From an uncultured delta proteobacterium (lineage in GTDB: Bacteria > Desulfobacterota > Syntrophorhabdia > Syntrophorhabdales > WCHB1-27), in the NCBI GenBank assembly GCA_963810935.1, contig CAWEPK010000012.1, positions 320,001 through 384,000 on the forward strand: DNA of 64,000 bases, given 5' to 3'. How positions within the stretch are numbered: position 1 is the first letter of the stretch; every line of letters starts with the position of its first letter. The notes below the pieces were generated by a model that did no database searches, was not told the origin of the DNA, and saw only the letters and a list, made by a program, of their open reading frames with translations. Shown in pieces: positions 50,580 to 59,512 of the stretch. Position numbers and translations under genes: made by a program.

Positions 50580-53114
50580 ATGACGCTAAAGGAATACCGG
50601 AAGAAACGCGATTTCACCGCGACACCGGAACCGCCCGGCCGTGAGGCAAAGGACGGCGCGGCGCCGCTCTCGTTCGTCGTCCACAAGCACCTCGCCTCCC
50701 GCCTCCACTACGATTTGCGCCTTGAGGTTGACGGCGTGCTGAAGAGCTGGGCCGTGCCCAAGGGTCCGTCCCTCGACCCGGCGGACAGGAAGCTCGCAGT
50801 CATGGTGGAGGACCACCCCCTCGATTACGGGGCCTTCGAGGGCGTCATCCCCGAAGGCAATTACGGCGCGGGGCCGGTCATGATATGGGACAGGGGGACC
50901 ATGCACGCGGCAGGCCGTGAGGACCGCGCATCGAGCGAGGAGGCACTGCGAGCCGGACTCGCCAAGGGGCACATAAGCTTCATCCTCGACGGGAGCCGCC
51001 TGGCCGGCGAATTCGCCCTGGTGCGCCTGCGGAAAGCCGACGAAAAAGCGTGGCTCCTCATCAAGAAGCAGGACGAGTACGCGCGCCATCCGGGGGAGAT
51101 CGCAGAAGACACCTCGGTCGTCTCGGGCAGGACGGTCGAGGAGATCGCGCAGGCAGGCATGGAAGAGGCCGTCGATCTGACGGGTGCTCCCAAGTCTCCC
51201 GCGCCCGTCTTCATAGAGCCGATGAAGGCGACCCTTGTGGATGCGCCGTTCGACCGCAAGGGCTGGCTCTTCGAGATAAAATGGGACGGCTACAGGGCCA
51301 TAGCCGACAAAGGCAAGGACGGCGTCCGCCTCTATTCGCGCAACGACAAGACGATGAACGAGCAGTTCAAGCCGGTCGTCGATTCCCTGGGCCGCCTGCC
51401 TTTCGACGGCGTGCTCGACGGGGAGATCGTTGTCCTCGACAAATCGGGCAGGGCCGATTTCCAGTTGCTCCAGAACTACTTGCGCTCCGGCAGGGGCAGC
51501 CTGGTCTATTACGTCTTCGACATCCTCTACTACGCGGGGCGCGACCTGACGGGCCTGCCGCTCGCCCGCCGCAAGGAGATACTGCGCACGGTGCTTCCCG
51601 CGATACCGCACATCAAGCTCTCCGATTACGTGGAAACGATCGGGATGGACCTGTTCGCAGCAGCGAAGGAGAACGGCGTAGAGGGGATAGTGGCGAAGGA
51701 TGCGAAAAGTCCGTACAGGCCCGGCCGCCGAGGCAGGGAGTGGCTCAAAGTGAAGGCGCTCATGCAGCAGGAGGCAGTCATAGGCGGGTTCACGCACCCG
51801 AAGGGCAGCAGGGCAGGCTTCGGCTCCTTAGTCCTCGGCGCGTACGAAGACGGCAGGCTCGAATATATAGGCCACTCGGGAGGGGGCTTTACGGAGGCGC
51901 AGTTAAAAGAGCTGCACGCGCGCCTCAAAGGCCTTGCCGCGCCCGCCTCGCCCTTTGTCGGGCCGCAGCCTGCGTCCGACATGCCTGTGACGTGGGTCGA
52001 GCCGCGCCTCGTCTGCGAGATAAAGTTTACGGGCTGGACGGACGAGGGCCTGATGCGGCAGCCCGTTTTCCTGGGTTTGCGGGAAGACGTGGAGCCTTCG
52101 GAAGTGCAAAAGGAGAGGCCCGACCCCGTACCCGGCGGGCCGGTCGCAGTGCGGACGCCGGCTAAAGCCGCCGACGCCGTAAACGTCGGGAGGAAAAAGC
52201 GGGGCGCCCTCGCAGTCATCAACGACGTCAAGGTCGATCTTACGAACCTCGACAAGGTCTTCTGGCCGGAAGACGGATACACGAAAGGCGACATGATCGA
52301 CTACTACCGCAGCGTCGCGCCGTTTATCCTGCCTTATCTTTCAGGCCGCCCCGAATCGCTGCGGCGCAACCCGGACGGCATCGCGGGCGAGAGCTTTTTC
52401 CAGAAAAACGTGGAAGGCAAAGTGCCTGACTGGGTGGAGACGGTCAAAGTCCGCGCCGATAACGGCAGCGAAGAAACGACCTACCTTGTGTGCAGCGACG
52501 AGGCGAGCCTGGTTTACATGGCGAACCTCGGCTGCATAGAGATAAACCCCTGGCACTCGCGCACTGGCAGCCTGGAGCAACCCGATTACATGGTCCTGGA
52601 CCTCGACCCGCTGGAAATCGATTTCGCGGAAGTAGTAAGGACCGCGCGGGAGACGGAAGACGTGCTTGCCATGATCGGCGCGCGGGGCTATTGCAAGACC
52701 TCCGGGGCGACGGGCCTGCACGTATACGTGCCCCTCGGCGCGCGCTACACGCACAAGCAGGCCACGGAGTTCGCGCGCCTCGTCAACCTCCTGGTACAGC
52801 GCCGCCTGCCGGAAACGACAAGCCTGGAGCGCGAGCCCCGGAGGCGGCGCGGAAAGGTATACCTCGATTACCTCCAGAACGGCCGAAGCCAGACATTAGC
52901 TGCGGCATATTGCGTGCGGCCCGGCAAAGGCGCGCCTGTATCGACGCCGTTGGAATGGAAGGAGGTGGTCCCTACCCTCGACCCGATGCGATTCACGATC
53001 AAGACGACCATGGCGCGCCTCGCGAAGAAAGGCGATCTCTGGAAAGGCGTACTGGGGCCGGGGATAGATATGGAGAAATGTCTTGGGAAGATAGAAGCGT
53101 TGACGAAAAAATAG
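50580..53114 (+). CDS. ligD: DNA ligase D (phosphoesterase-ligase-polymerase)
   Basis: HYDLRLE, SWAVPKGPS, EIKWDGYR, EGIVAK, DLDP, KTSG..GLH. Confidence 0.96.
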   Translation: MTLKEYRKKRDFTATPEPPGREAKDGAAPLSFVVHKHLASRLHYDLRLEVDGVLKSWAVPKGPSLDPADRKLAVMVEDHPLDYGAFEGVIPEGNYGAGPVMIWDRGTMHAAGREDRASSEEALRAGLAKGHISFILDGSRLAGEFALVRLRKADEKAWLLIKKQDEYARHPGEIAEDTSVVSGRTVEEIAQAGMEEAVDLTGAPKSPAPVFIEPMKATLVDAPFDRKGWLFEIKWDGYRAIADKGKDGVRLYSRNDKTMNEQFKPVVDSLGRLPFDGVLDGEIVVLDKSGRADFQLLQNYLRSGRGSLVYYVFDILYYAGRDLTGLPLARRKEILRTVLPAIPHIKLSDYVETIGMDLFAAAKENGVEGIVAKDAKSPYRPGRRGREWLKVKALMQQEAVIGGFTHPKGSRAGFGSLVLGAYEDGRLEYIGHSGGGFTEAQLKELHARLKGLAAPASPFVGPQPASDMPVTWVEPRLVCEIKFTGWTDEGLMRQPVFLGLREDVEPSEVQKERPDPVPGGPVAVRTPAKAADAVNVGRKKRGALAVINDVKVDLTNLDKVFWPEDGYTKGDMIDYYRSVAPFILPYLSGRPESLRRNPDGIAGESFFQKNVEGKVPDWVETVKVRADNGSEETTYLVCSDEASLVYMANLGCIEINPWHSRTGSLEQPDYMVLDLDPLEIDFAEVVRTARETEDVLAMIGARGYCKTSGATGLHVYVPLGARYTHKQATEFARLVNLLVQRRLPETTSLEREPRRRRGKVYLDYLQNGRSQTLAAAYCVRPGKGAPVSTPLEWKEVVPTLDPMRFTIKTTMARLAKKGDLWKGVLGPGIDMEKCLGKIEALTKK

Positions 53115-53183
53115 CGGGCAATAGTTTCCGGGGGCCGGAGGACCCCGATTGAAATTATAGCCCTCCTTCATTAAACTTGTTTC

Positions 53184-53669
53184 ATGAAGGCGCTCTGGAC
53201 GATTGTCACCCTCCTGATTATGGCGGTAGGTCTTGCGGGGACGGTCCTGCCGATCGTTCCGGGCATTCTTCTTATCTACGCAGGTTATCTGCTCTATGGT
53301 TTTGCAACGGGTTGGCAGGCATACGGCCTGCCGGCGATTGTCGGTTGGTCCGTGGTTACCGGTTTCGTCCTGCTCCTGGACATTTACGCGGGAGCGATAG
53401 GCGCAAAAAGGTATGGTGCGTCACGGTCCGGGGCGCAAGGGTCTATCGTCGGCGGTCTGATAGGCGCGCTGGCAGCGGGATTTCCCGGCATCATCCTCGG
53501 ACCCTTTGCCGGTGCGGCGGCGGGAGAGCTGCTGAGAGGCAGATCCTATCGAGAGGCTTTTCGTTCCGGCTGGGGGACCCTCATAGGATTTGTGGTCGGC
53601 AGTGTCGTAAAGATCGCTATCGGGCTGGTCATGGTCGGCACGTTTATCTGGTGGGTGTTTATCACCTAA
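53184..53669 (+). CDS. DUF456-family membrane protein
   Basis: GTVLPIVPG, GAKRYGAS, GPFAGA. Confidence 0.8.
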   Translation: MKALWTIVTLLIMAVGLAGTVLPIVPGILLIYAGYLLYGFATGWQAYGLPAIVGWSVVTGFVLLLDIYAGAIGAKRYGASRSGAQGSIVGGLIGALAAGFPGIILGPFAGAAAGELLRGRSYREAFRSGWGTLIGFVVGSVVKIAIGLVMVGTFIWWVFIT

Positions 53670-53693
53670 GACCGATAACATTGCGTCACTTGT

Positions 53694-55205
53694 TTATTCC
53701 TGGAAGCCCTCCAGTCTCTTTCGCATTAACGGGTGTTTCAGCTTTCTCAGAGCCTTGGCCTCGATCTGACGGATACGTTCACGGGTAAGTCCAAAGACAT
53801 CACCCACTTCTTCCAAGGTAAAATCGGTCTTCTCCCCGACGCCGAGCCTCATCCTGACAATTTTCTCTTCTCTCGGAGTAAGGGTTGACAAGACTTTGTC
53901 TATCTCTTCCTTGAGCGAGGTGGCCACCAACTCCGTAAGAGGGGAAGAAGCTTTCGGGTCTGTTATGAAATCACCGAGTGTGGCTTCACCGTCTCCGATC
54001 GGGGTTTCCATTGATACGGCCCCACTTTCAACCCTCATGATCTTTCCGACTTTCTCCGGGGGGAGTCCGGCTTTGAGTGAAATTTCTTCGAGGTTCGGCT
54101 TTCTGCCCAACTCCTGAAAGAGGGCTACAGTAGCCCTGCTGATCTTGTTTTTGGTTTCAAGTACGTGGACCGGTACCCTGACAGTCCGTGCGCAATCTGC
54201 AATTGCCCGCGTTATGCTCTGTCTGATCCACCACGTTGAACATGTGGAGAACTTGTAACCCCTCTGATAATCATATTTTTCAGCAGCCTTCATGAGTCCC
54301 ATGTTGCCTTCCTGGATAAGGTCAAGGAATGACAGCCCACGGTTGAGGTATTTTTTGGCAATAGAAATCACAAGTCTCAGGTTTGCCTGAACGAGCCTGT
54401 TCCTGACGACCTTCAGTCCGTTTTCGATTTCGCGGAGTTCCATCAGTTTTCGTCTTATGATACGTGCCTCGCCGTCATTCATGGATTCCGTCTGCTGCGC
54501 GACCTTCCTGATGATTTCCAGGAGAAACTTCCTGTTGAATTTGAGATTAAGCAAGATCTTTTCTCTCTTGCCTTTAATCCTCTCCAGATCACCGGCAAGC
54601 TCCTCCCGGCTCTGTTTGTCGGTCCCCGGCAGTATTTTCTGGATTCCTTCCATTTTCTTGTGAAGACTTTTTATAGTATTGATGGAGGCCATAGTTCTCT
54701 TCGCATGGCTCTCTTCATCTTTTTGCGTACAGTCCATTTCATCGATATGGACCACATCTGCTATGTTTACGGTCCCTTCCTTCAACTGCCGGCCTATTTC
54801 CAAAAGCTCGTTGACTGCCTGAGGCAGGCTGAACAAGATGTTCATTTCCTTTCTTTCAGCTTCTTCAATCTGTTTCGCTATCTGATATTCTTCGGCAGAT
54901 GTGAGGAGTGCTACGCGTCCAATATCTTTTAAGTAGGCCCATATTGTGTTATCGGCTGTTTCTGAGGGTAACTTTTCGGCCTCTCCCCCGTCCGTCTCCT
55001 TTACCTTACGTGACTCGACTGTCTCCTGTATCATGTCGACTATGTCGATGTCGGATTCTGAAAGAAAGTCGAATGCATCTTCGACATCTTCGGGAGCACG
55101 GACTTCCCGGGGAAGAACTTCGCTTATTTCATCAGACGCAAGAGAGTCTTTCTCCGCTTCCCCGTTGACCAGGTCTTTTACCTTAATAGAACTATTTGTC
55201 GCCAT
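53694..55205 (-). CDS. RpoD-like sigma70 paralogue
   Basis: [50 protein letters not shown]. Confidence 0.9.
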   Translation of the reverse strand: MATNSSIKVKDLVNGEAEKDSLASDEISEVLPREVRAPEDVEDAFDFLSESDIDIVDMIQETVESRKVKETDGGEAEKLPSETADNTIWAYLKDIGRVALLTSAEEYQIAKQIEEAERKEMNILFSLPQAVNELLEIGRQLKEGTVNIADVVHIDEMDCTQKDEESHAKRTMASINTIKSLHKKMEGIQKILPGTDKQSREELAGDLERIKGKREKILLNLKFNRKFLLEIIRKVAQQTESMNDGEARIIRRKLMELREIENGLKVVRNRLVQANLRLVISIAKKYLNRGLSFLDLIQEGNMGLMKAAEKYDYQRGYKFSTCSTWWIRQSITRAIADCARTVRVPVHVLETKNKISRATVALFQELGRKPNLEEISLKAGLPPEKVGKIMRVESGAVSMETPIGDGEATLGDFITDPKASSPLTELVATSLKEEIDKVLSTLTPREEKIVRMRLGVGEKTDFTLEEVGDVFGLTRERIRQIEAKALRKLKHPLMRKRLEGFQE

Positions 55206-55215
55206 TCTCAACCCC

Positions 55216-55250
55216 AAAAAGAAAAATGCCCTTCTTCCGCAAAGGGCATT
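55216..55250 (-). terminator. Terminator-like hairpin in the sigma-gene leader
   Basis: AATGCCCTT/AAGGGCATT stem followed by TTTCTTTTT on the minus strand. Confidence 0.55.
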
Positions 55251-55279
55251 CCCCTTTATATAACTAATCTATTAATATT

Positions 55280-55308
55280 ATTATACCTTTATTCTTGAGT
55301 ATTGTCAA
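55280..55308 (-). promoter_or_regulatory. Consensus sigma70 promoter
   Basis: TTGACA-N17-TATAAT on the minus strand. Confidence 0.75.
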
Positions 55309-55369
55309 CGGCTTGCAGCGAGGGTTACTACGTGAAAGCCGGTATCTGTCGCCATCGATGGCGTTTATG

Positions 55370-55789
55370 CTACCCCCTCGAAGCTTTCCCGGCAGCGAAA
55401 CGCCATGCTTTTTGTTCTATCTCCGGCATCCCGGATTCCAGATCGAATACAATGACGCCTGCACTTTTAGCTTCGGCGATAGCCCTCCGGGCATCTACGA
55501 TGGCGGTGTCCGGCGTAATATATCCCGAAGGCTTGCCTTCGCCTATTTTCCGGACGCGATCGACAGCTTTATCGGCATAGAAGCGTCTTGCCTTTTGCTC
55601 CAGTCCCGGTAATTGCGATCTCAGGCCGGATACGTCGGCGCCCGAAGTCCTGGCATCGGCGAAAGCCTCCCTGGCCTCTCTGATTACCGCGTTCGCGGTG
55701 CCATAGTTTTCGTCCTTGCCTTCTCCGAACTCCCTTACGCGGTCAACAGTTTGTTGAACTCGTGCAACGATATCCATGCCTCTGGCCAT
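55370..55789 (-). CDS. Hypothetical helical protein with an internal ~60-aa duplication
   Basis: VDRVREFGEGK...LEQKARRF and VDRVRKIGEGK...IEQKAWRF; GAGGGAG RBS. Confidence 0.65.
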   Translation of the reverse strand: MARGMDIVARVQQTVDRVREFGEGKDENYGTANAVIREAREAFADARTSGADVSGLRSQLPGLEQKARRFYADKAVDRVRKIGEGKPSGYITPDTAIVDARRAIAEAKSAGVIVFDLESGMPEIEQKAWRFAAGKASRG

Positions 55790-56025
55790 TATATGCTCTC
55801 CCTCATATTTGCCCGGAACCGTTCCCGCCTGCCCGCTGATGCCAACCGTATGAAGGTAACCGTACCAGGAGCGGTGTGTGCTGCAAAAAGCGGTTGAAGG
55901 TGGGTTGATCGGTGATAACCACCAGCGAACAAAATCTATTATGACACTATACCACGATTGCCACAGAAAAGGGCGTACCTCGAGATGCACCCTTCAGGCG
56001 AGACTTCCAGGAAGGAGCCCGCCCG

Positions 56026-57075
56026 TCAATAGCCTTCCGGCCTCAACGGGATGAACGGTTTTGCGACCGTGAACTGGCCTGAGCAGTCGCCGACGCGGTC
56101 GGGGTTTTTTATCAGGTCGAGCTTCTTCACAGGGGCGCCTTTTTTGAAGTCCAGCTCCCCGAGCCGCACCAACACAATGTTCAGCCTTGTGCTCGACTCG
56201 AAAAAGTAGACCAGGTTCGTCAGGTCCGCTACCGTCCGCCAGCGCGTTGCGCTTGCGTGCGGCCGGCCTGCGCTTGCCGTGATGAAGGGCTGGGCAACGT
56301 TCCGCATCACGCTCAACATGCCGGCGATGCACTCTCCGGAGTCCTTCGGCTTGGGGAGTTGGCTCACGTAGAATGCCGCCCTGGCGAAGCGGTCTGTCGC
56401 CTCCGTGCTGCCGGAAAGCAGCCTCTGGCCGCCGAAGCCCTTGTAATGCTGTAGCTCCTCAAGCTGCACGTCGAAAGGCGGGGAATTCGTCATCACCGTA
56501 TATTTCCGGTCGTGGTAAATCCTGGCCTTCCCGCCGATGTATTCGATTATGGCGGAGTCGCCGGTCGCGTCGGCCAGGGACAGGTGGAGGGTCGCCCTCT
56601 CCCCGCCGGGCATCGTCCCGGTTATGATCTGAAACGGTTTCTCCCTGGTAAAGGCGACCGCCTCATCGACCGTCCGGAAGTTGTCCAGGTAATATTGCGC
56701 CCAGAGCGCGGCGCTAAGGCCGGGGACCGTCTCGTCCCGCGCGCCGTAGTCGGCCTCCGAGAGCCAGAGCATCTCTGCGGCCAGCCCCTTCTCGTTCATC
56801 CCGTCGGATGCGCCCGGACCCGCGGCCACTACGGAGCCGTACCTGGCGGTCCATCGCAGAGTATTCGGTCCGGTCATGCCGTCGCGCCTGATGCCTCGCG
56901 GAAGTGCCCACAGATCGACGGGCATCGGATCGGGCCAATCCATATTGCGCCCTACGACTACGCCCGCGTCCCCGCAGTCGCCCACTACCCGCGAGCAGGC
57001 AAGGACCGGACAGACCCATAAAATGACGAGCAGCCCCGCTAAAAAAAGCGAGGCCGCCCGCAACGACCTTTGCAT
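56026..57075 (-). CDS. Secreted linear amide C-N hydrolase (choloylglycine hydrolase/penicillin V acylase family)
   Basis: Signal peptide then catalytic Cys (ACSR), GRNMDW, DGMNEKGL, MTNSP. Confidence 0.92.
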   Translation of the reverse strand: MQRSLRAASLFLAGLLVILWVCPVLACSRVVGDCGDAGVVVGRNMDWPDPMPVDLWALPRGIRRDGMTGPNTLRWTARYGSVVAAGPGASDGMNEKGLAAEMLWLSEADYGARDETVPGLSAALWAQYYLDNFRTVDEAVAFTREKPFQIITGTMPGGERATLHLSLADATGDSAIIEYIGGKARIYHDRKYTVMTNSPPFDVQLEELQHYKGFGGQRLLSGSTEATDRFARAAFYVSQLPKPKDSGECIAGMLSVMRNVAQPFITASAGRPHASATRWRTVADLTNLVYFFESSTRLNIVLVRLGELDFKKGAPVKKLDLIKNPDRVGDCSGQFTVAKPFIPLRPEGY

Positions 57076-57226
57076 ATAAACTCCTTATACCGATGCGCGC
57101 ACGCACGGCTTTATTGACCGCCTTTTCGCACATGATGTTATCATTTCTAGGGAAGCGGTGCAACCGGGGAAGGAATAATTGCGGCGCCCGGAAGCGATTA
57201 AGCCCCGGGCGCCTTTCAAGCCTGCT

Positions 57227-57904
57227 TTAGGCCTTTTTGGGATACCCGACCGACTGGGAGAACGTGATCGTCTGCTCGGGACGAAGCTTCAACGCCGCAG
57301 CGAGCGCGGGCTTGTCTATCAGCGCGCGCAGTACCGTCACGAGCCCTTCTCCCGCGCAGAAAATGTAGACGTTCTCCGCTATGACGCCCGAGTCGGCCCC
57401 CATCCAGAGCGCTACCTGATCGACGGGCCCCTTGTCCATCTTTGCCGTGTCAGCGACGTAGACGAGGTTGACCGCCGCATTCTTCACGTAGGGCTGAATG
57501 CCCGTGAGGCCCCGGATATCGCCCTCTATGATGGGTTTCAGCATGTTCCCTTTCGGCTCGTAAAGGTAAGCTCCTTCGGGCGCAGCCACGTAAATGTCCA
57601 TCTCCTGCTTGTTGCGCGCGGAAGGCGCAGTGCGCTTCCCGTCCTTGCGGTTGATGCCAAAAGCCGCCCAGAGCAGCCGGGAAAGCACAGCTACAGGCAA
57701 AGGCTGCGGAGAGAACTCCCGCGCGGACGATCTTTTCTCCAGCAGGCCCAGCGCCGGGTTCGCTCCGGCCGTTGCCGGTTTGGCAAGCTCAACGGGCGCC
57801 AGCGTCTTGGCGTAAGCGACCCCCGACAACACCTGGCTCGCGGGGATCAGAACGCCGGCGGCTGCCGAGCATTTAAGGAAATCTCTTCGGCTTATTGTCT
57901 TCAT
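57227..57904 (-). CDS. Tat-exported nitroreductase-family (SagB/ThcOx-like) protein
   Basis: SRRDFLK; RSSAREF, RTAPSARN. Confidence 0.85.
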   Translation of the reverse strand: MKTISRRDFLKCSAAAGVLIPASQVLSGVAYAKTLAPVELAKPATAGANPALGLLEKRSSAREFSPQPLPVAVLSRLLWAAFGINRKDGKRTAPSARNKQEMDIYVAAPEGAYLYEPKGNMLKPIIEGDIRGLTGIQPYVKNAAVNLVYVADTAKMDKGPVDQVALWMGADSGVIAENVYIFCAGEGLVTVLRALIDKPALAAALKLRPEQTITFSQSVGYPKKA

Positions 57905-58057
57905 TACGGCCCCCTTTAAGATGAGATTTATGCAGCGTAAAGGAAAATGTCTCCTGATTCGATAATAGCACAGGCACGATAGCCTCTCAAGGGAAAGACT
58001 TTCAGCGCATTACGCAAAAAGTCATTCCCGTTTGACGGCTGCGCGTTCCTCTTCTTT

Positions 58058-58136
58058 CGTCATGCCGGACTTGACCCGGAATCCATTTAGTTTCAAGCCC
58101 CAACCGCCTGGATGCCGGATCAAGTCCGGCATGACG
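58058..58136. repeat. Palindromic repeat family B, copy 3
   Basis: CGTCATGCCGGACTTGACCCGGAATCCA...TGGATGCCGGATCAAGTCCGGCATGACG. Confidence 0.8.
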
Positions 58137-58177
58137 GAGGGCAGTAATACCCTGCTGCTGGCGGCAGGGTCAATGCC

Positions 58178-59512
58178 TCACGTCCCAAGGTCCCTGCATC
58201 GCGTCTCCGTTAGAAGAATGCTTCCAAGGACGCCAAGGAGGCTCACGCCGAAGCAGACGAGGAAGGCGGTCCGGTATGCGTGCAGGGGGTAGACCCTGGC
58301 GCCGCCGAGAAGCACGCCGTCCCAACGCGTGTCGAGCACCTTGCCCATCACCACCTGGAGCACTGCGCTTCCGAGAAAGCCGCTCGTGTTGTTGTTTCCC
58401 ATCGCAATCCCGGAGAGCCTTAACGGGTTGACTTCCTTGGCGACGACGATGCTCAGGATAAAGCCCGCGCAGAAGAACCCCATGCCGAAACACAAGGGGT
58501 ACATCCAGGACAGGCTTGGCCGGCCCCCTCCCGCAAAACAGATGACAGCCCAGGCAGCCGCGTACGCAGAGGCGCACGCGATGTAAGGCGCACGCCTCCT
58601 CTTCAGAAGCTTGTCCGATACGAAACCCATGACCGGGCACCCTATGACCAGACCCACGGAAACCGCCATCACGTAGCGGGCCGCCTCCTGCGTCGACAGG
58701 GAGTAGACCTGCATCAGATACGGCATCCCCCACAGGCCGGCAAAACCCATAAGGGTCGAATAGAAGGCCAGGAATCCCATGAAAGGCGGCCACGTGCGCT
58801 TATTGCCCAGCACGGTAACAATGCCTTTAAGGACCGCCGGCCTGGGGCCGTCCGTGCCGCCCTTTCGCCCAGGCGGGGGCAGCCCGCAGTCGGCAGGCCG
58901 GTCACGCACCATGCCCCAGCAGACTACGCCGAGGAAGACCGAAAAGAAGCCGATGGAGACAAACGCAGTCCGCCATCCGATGGCTGCGGAGAGCGCAGCC
59001 AGGGGAGCGGTCGCCAGCAGGCCGCCGAGTCCGCCGAGGGCGGTCGTCCAGCCGTTCATCACGCCCATTTCGTCCGCCCTGTACCACTCTACGCAGACCC
59101 TCATGATATTGACCATGAAAACTGAGACGCCCAGGCCGACAAGGAACCTGCCAAGGCAGCACGCGATGAAGCTCCCGGAGAGGCCGAACAGGACGGAGCC
59201 GCCGCCCATGACGAGCGCGCCCGCCGCGAGCGTCCGCCTCGGCCCCAGCGTGTCCGAGAGTATGCCGGAAGGAATCTGCATGACTGCGTAAACATAGAAA
59301 TAGATCGAGGAGAGGACGCCGAGCACCGCGCCCGTCGTGTGGAAGGTGGACATGAGGTCGAGGGCTATCGCGCCGGGTGCGATGCGGTGGAAATAGCCGA
59401 CGATGAAGACTGTCATCGCCGCGCCCCACACCAGCCACCTGCGGCGGAGCGTCCGGTCCAAAAGCGTGAAATTGGATGGGTCCGGGCCGATGGGAGGCAA
59501 GGCAGCGGCCAC
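58178..59512 (-). CDS. MFS transporter
   Basis: YFHRIAPG, QIPSGILSDTLGPRR; about 12 TM helices; start uncertain. Confidence 0.9.
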   Translation of the reverse strand: MAAALPPIGPDPSNFTLLDRTLRRRWLVWGAAMTVFIVGYFHRIAPGAIALDLMSTFHTTGAVLGVLSSIYFYVYAVMQIPSGILSDTLGPRRTLAAGALVMGGGSVLFGLSGSFIACCLGRFLVGLGVSVFMVNIMRVCVEWYRADEMGVMNGWTTALGGLGGLLATAPLAALSAAIGWRTAFVSIGFFSVFLGVVCWGMVRDRPADCGLPPPGRKGGTDGPRPAVLKGIVTVLGNKRTWPPFMGFLAFYSTLMGFAGLWGMPYLMQVYSLSTQEAARYVMAVSVGLVIGCPVMGFVSDKLLKRRRAPYIACASAYAAAWAVICFAGGGRPSLSWMYPLCFGMGFFCAGFILSIVVAKEVNPLRLSGIAMGNNNTSGFLGSAVLQVVMGKVLDTRWDGVLLGGARVYPLHAYRTAFLVCFGVSLLGVLGSILLTETRCRDLGT

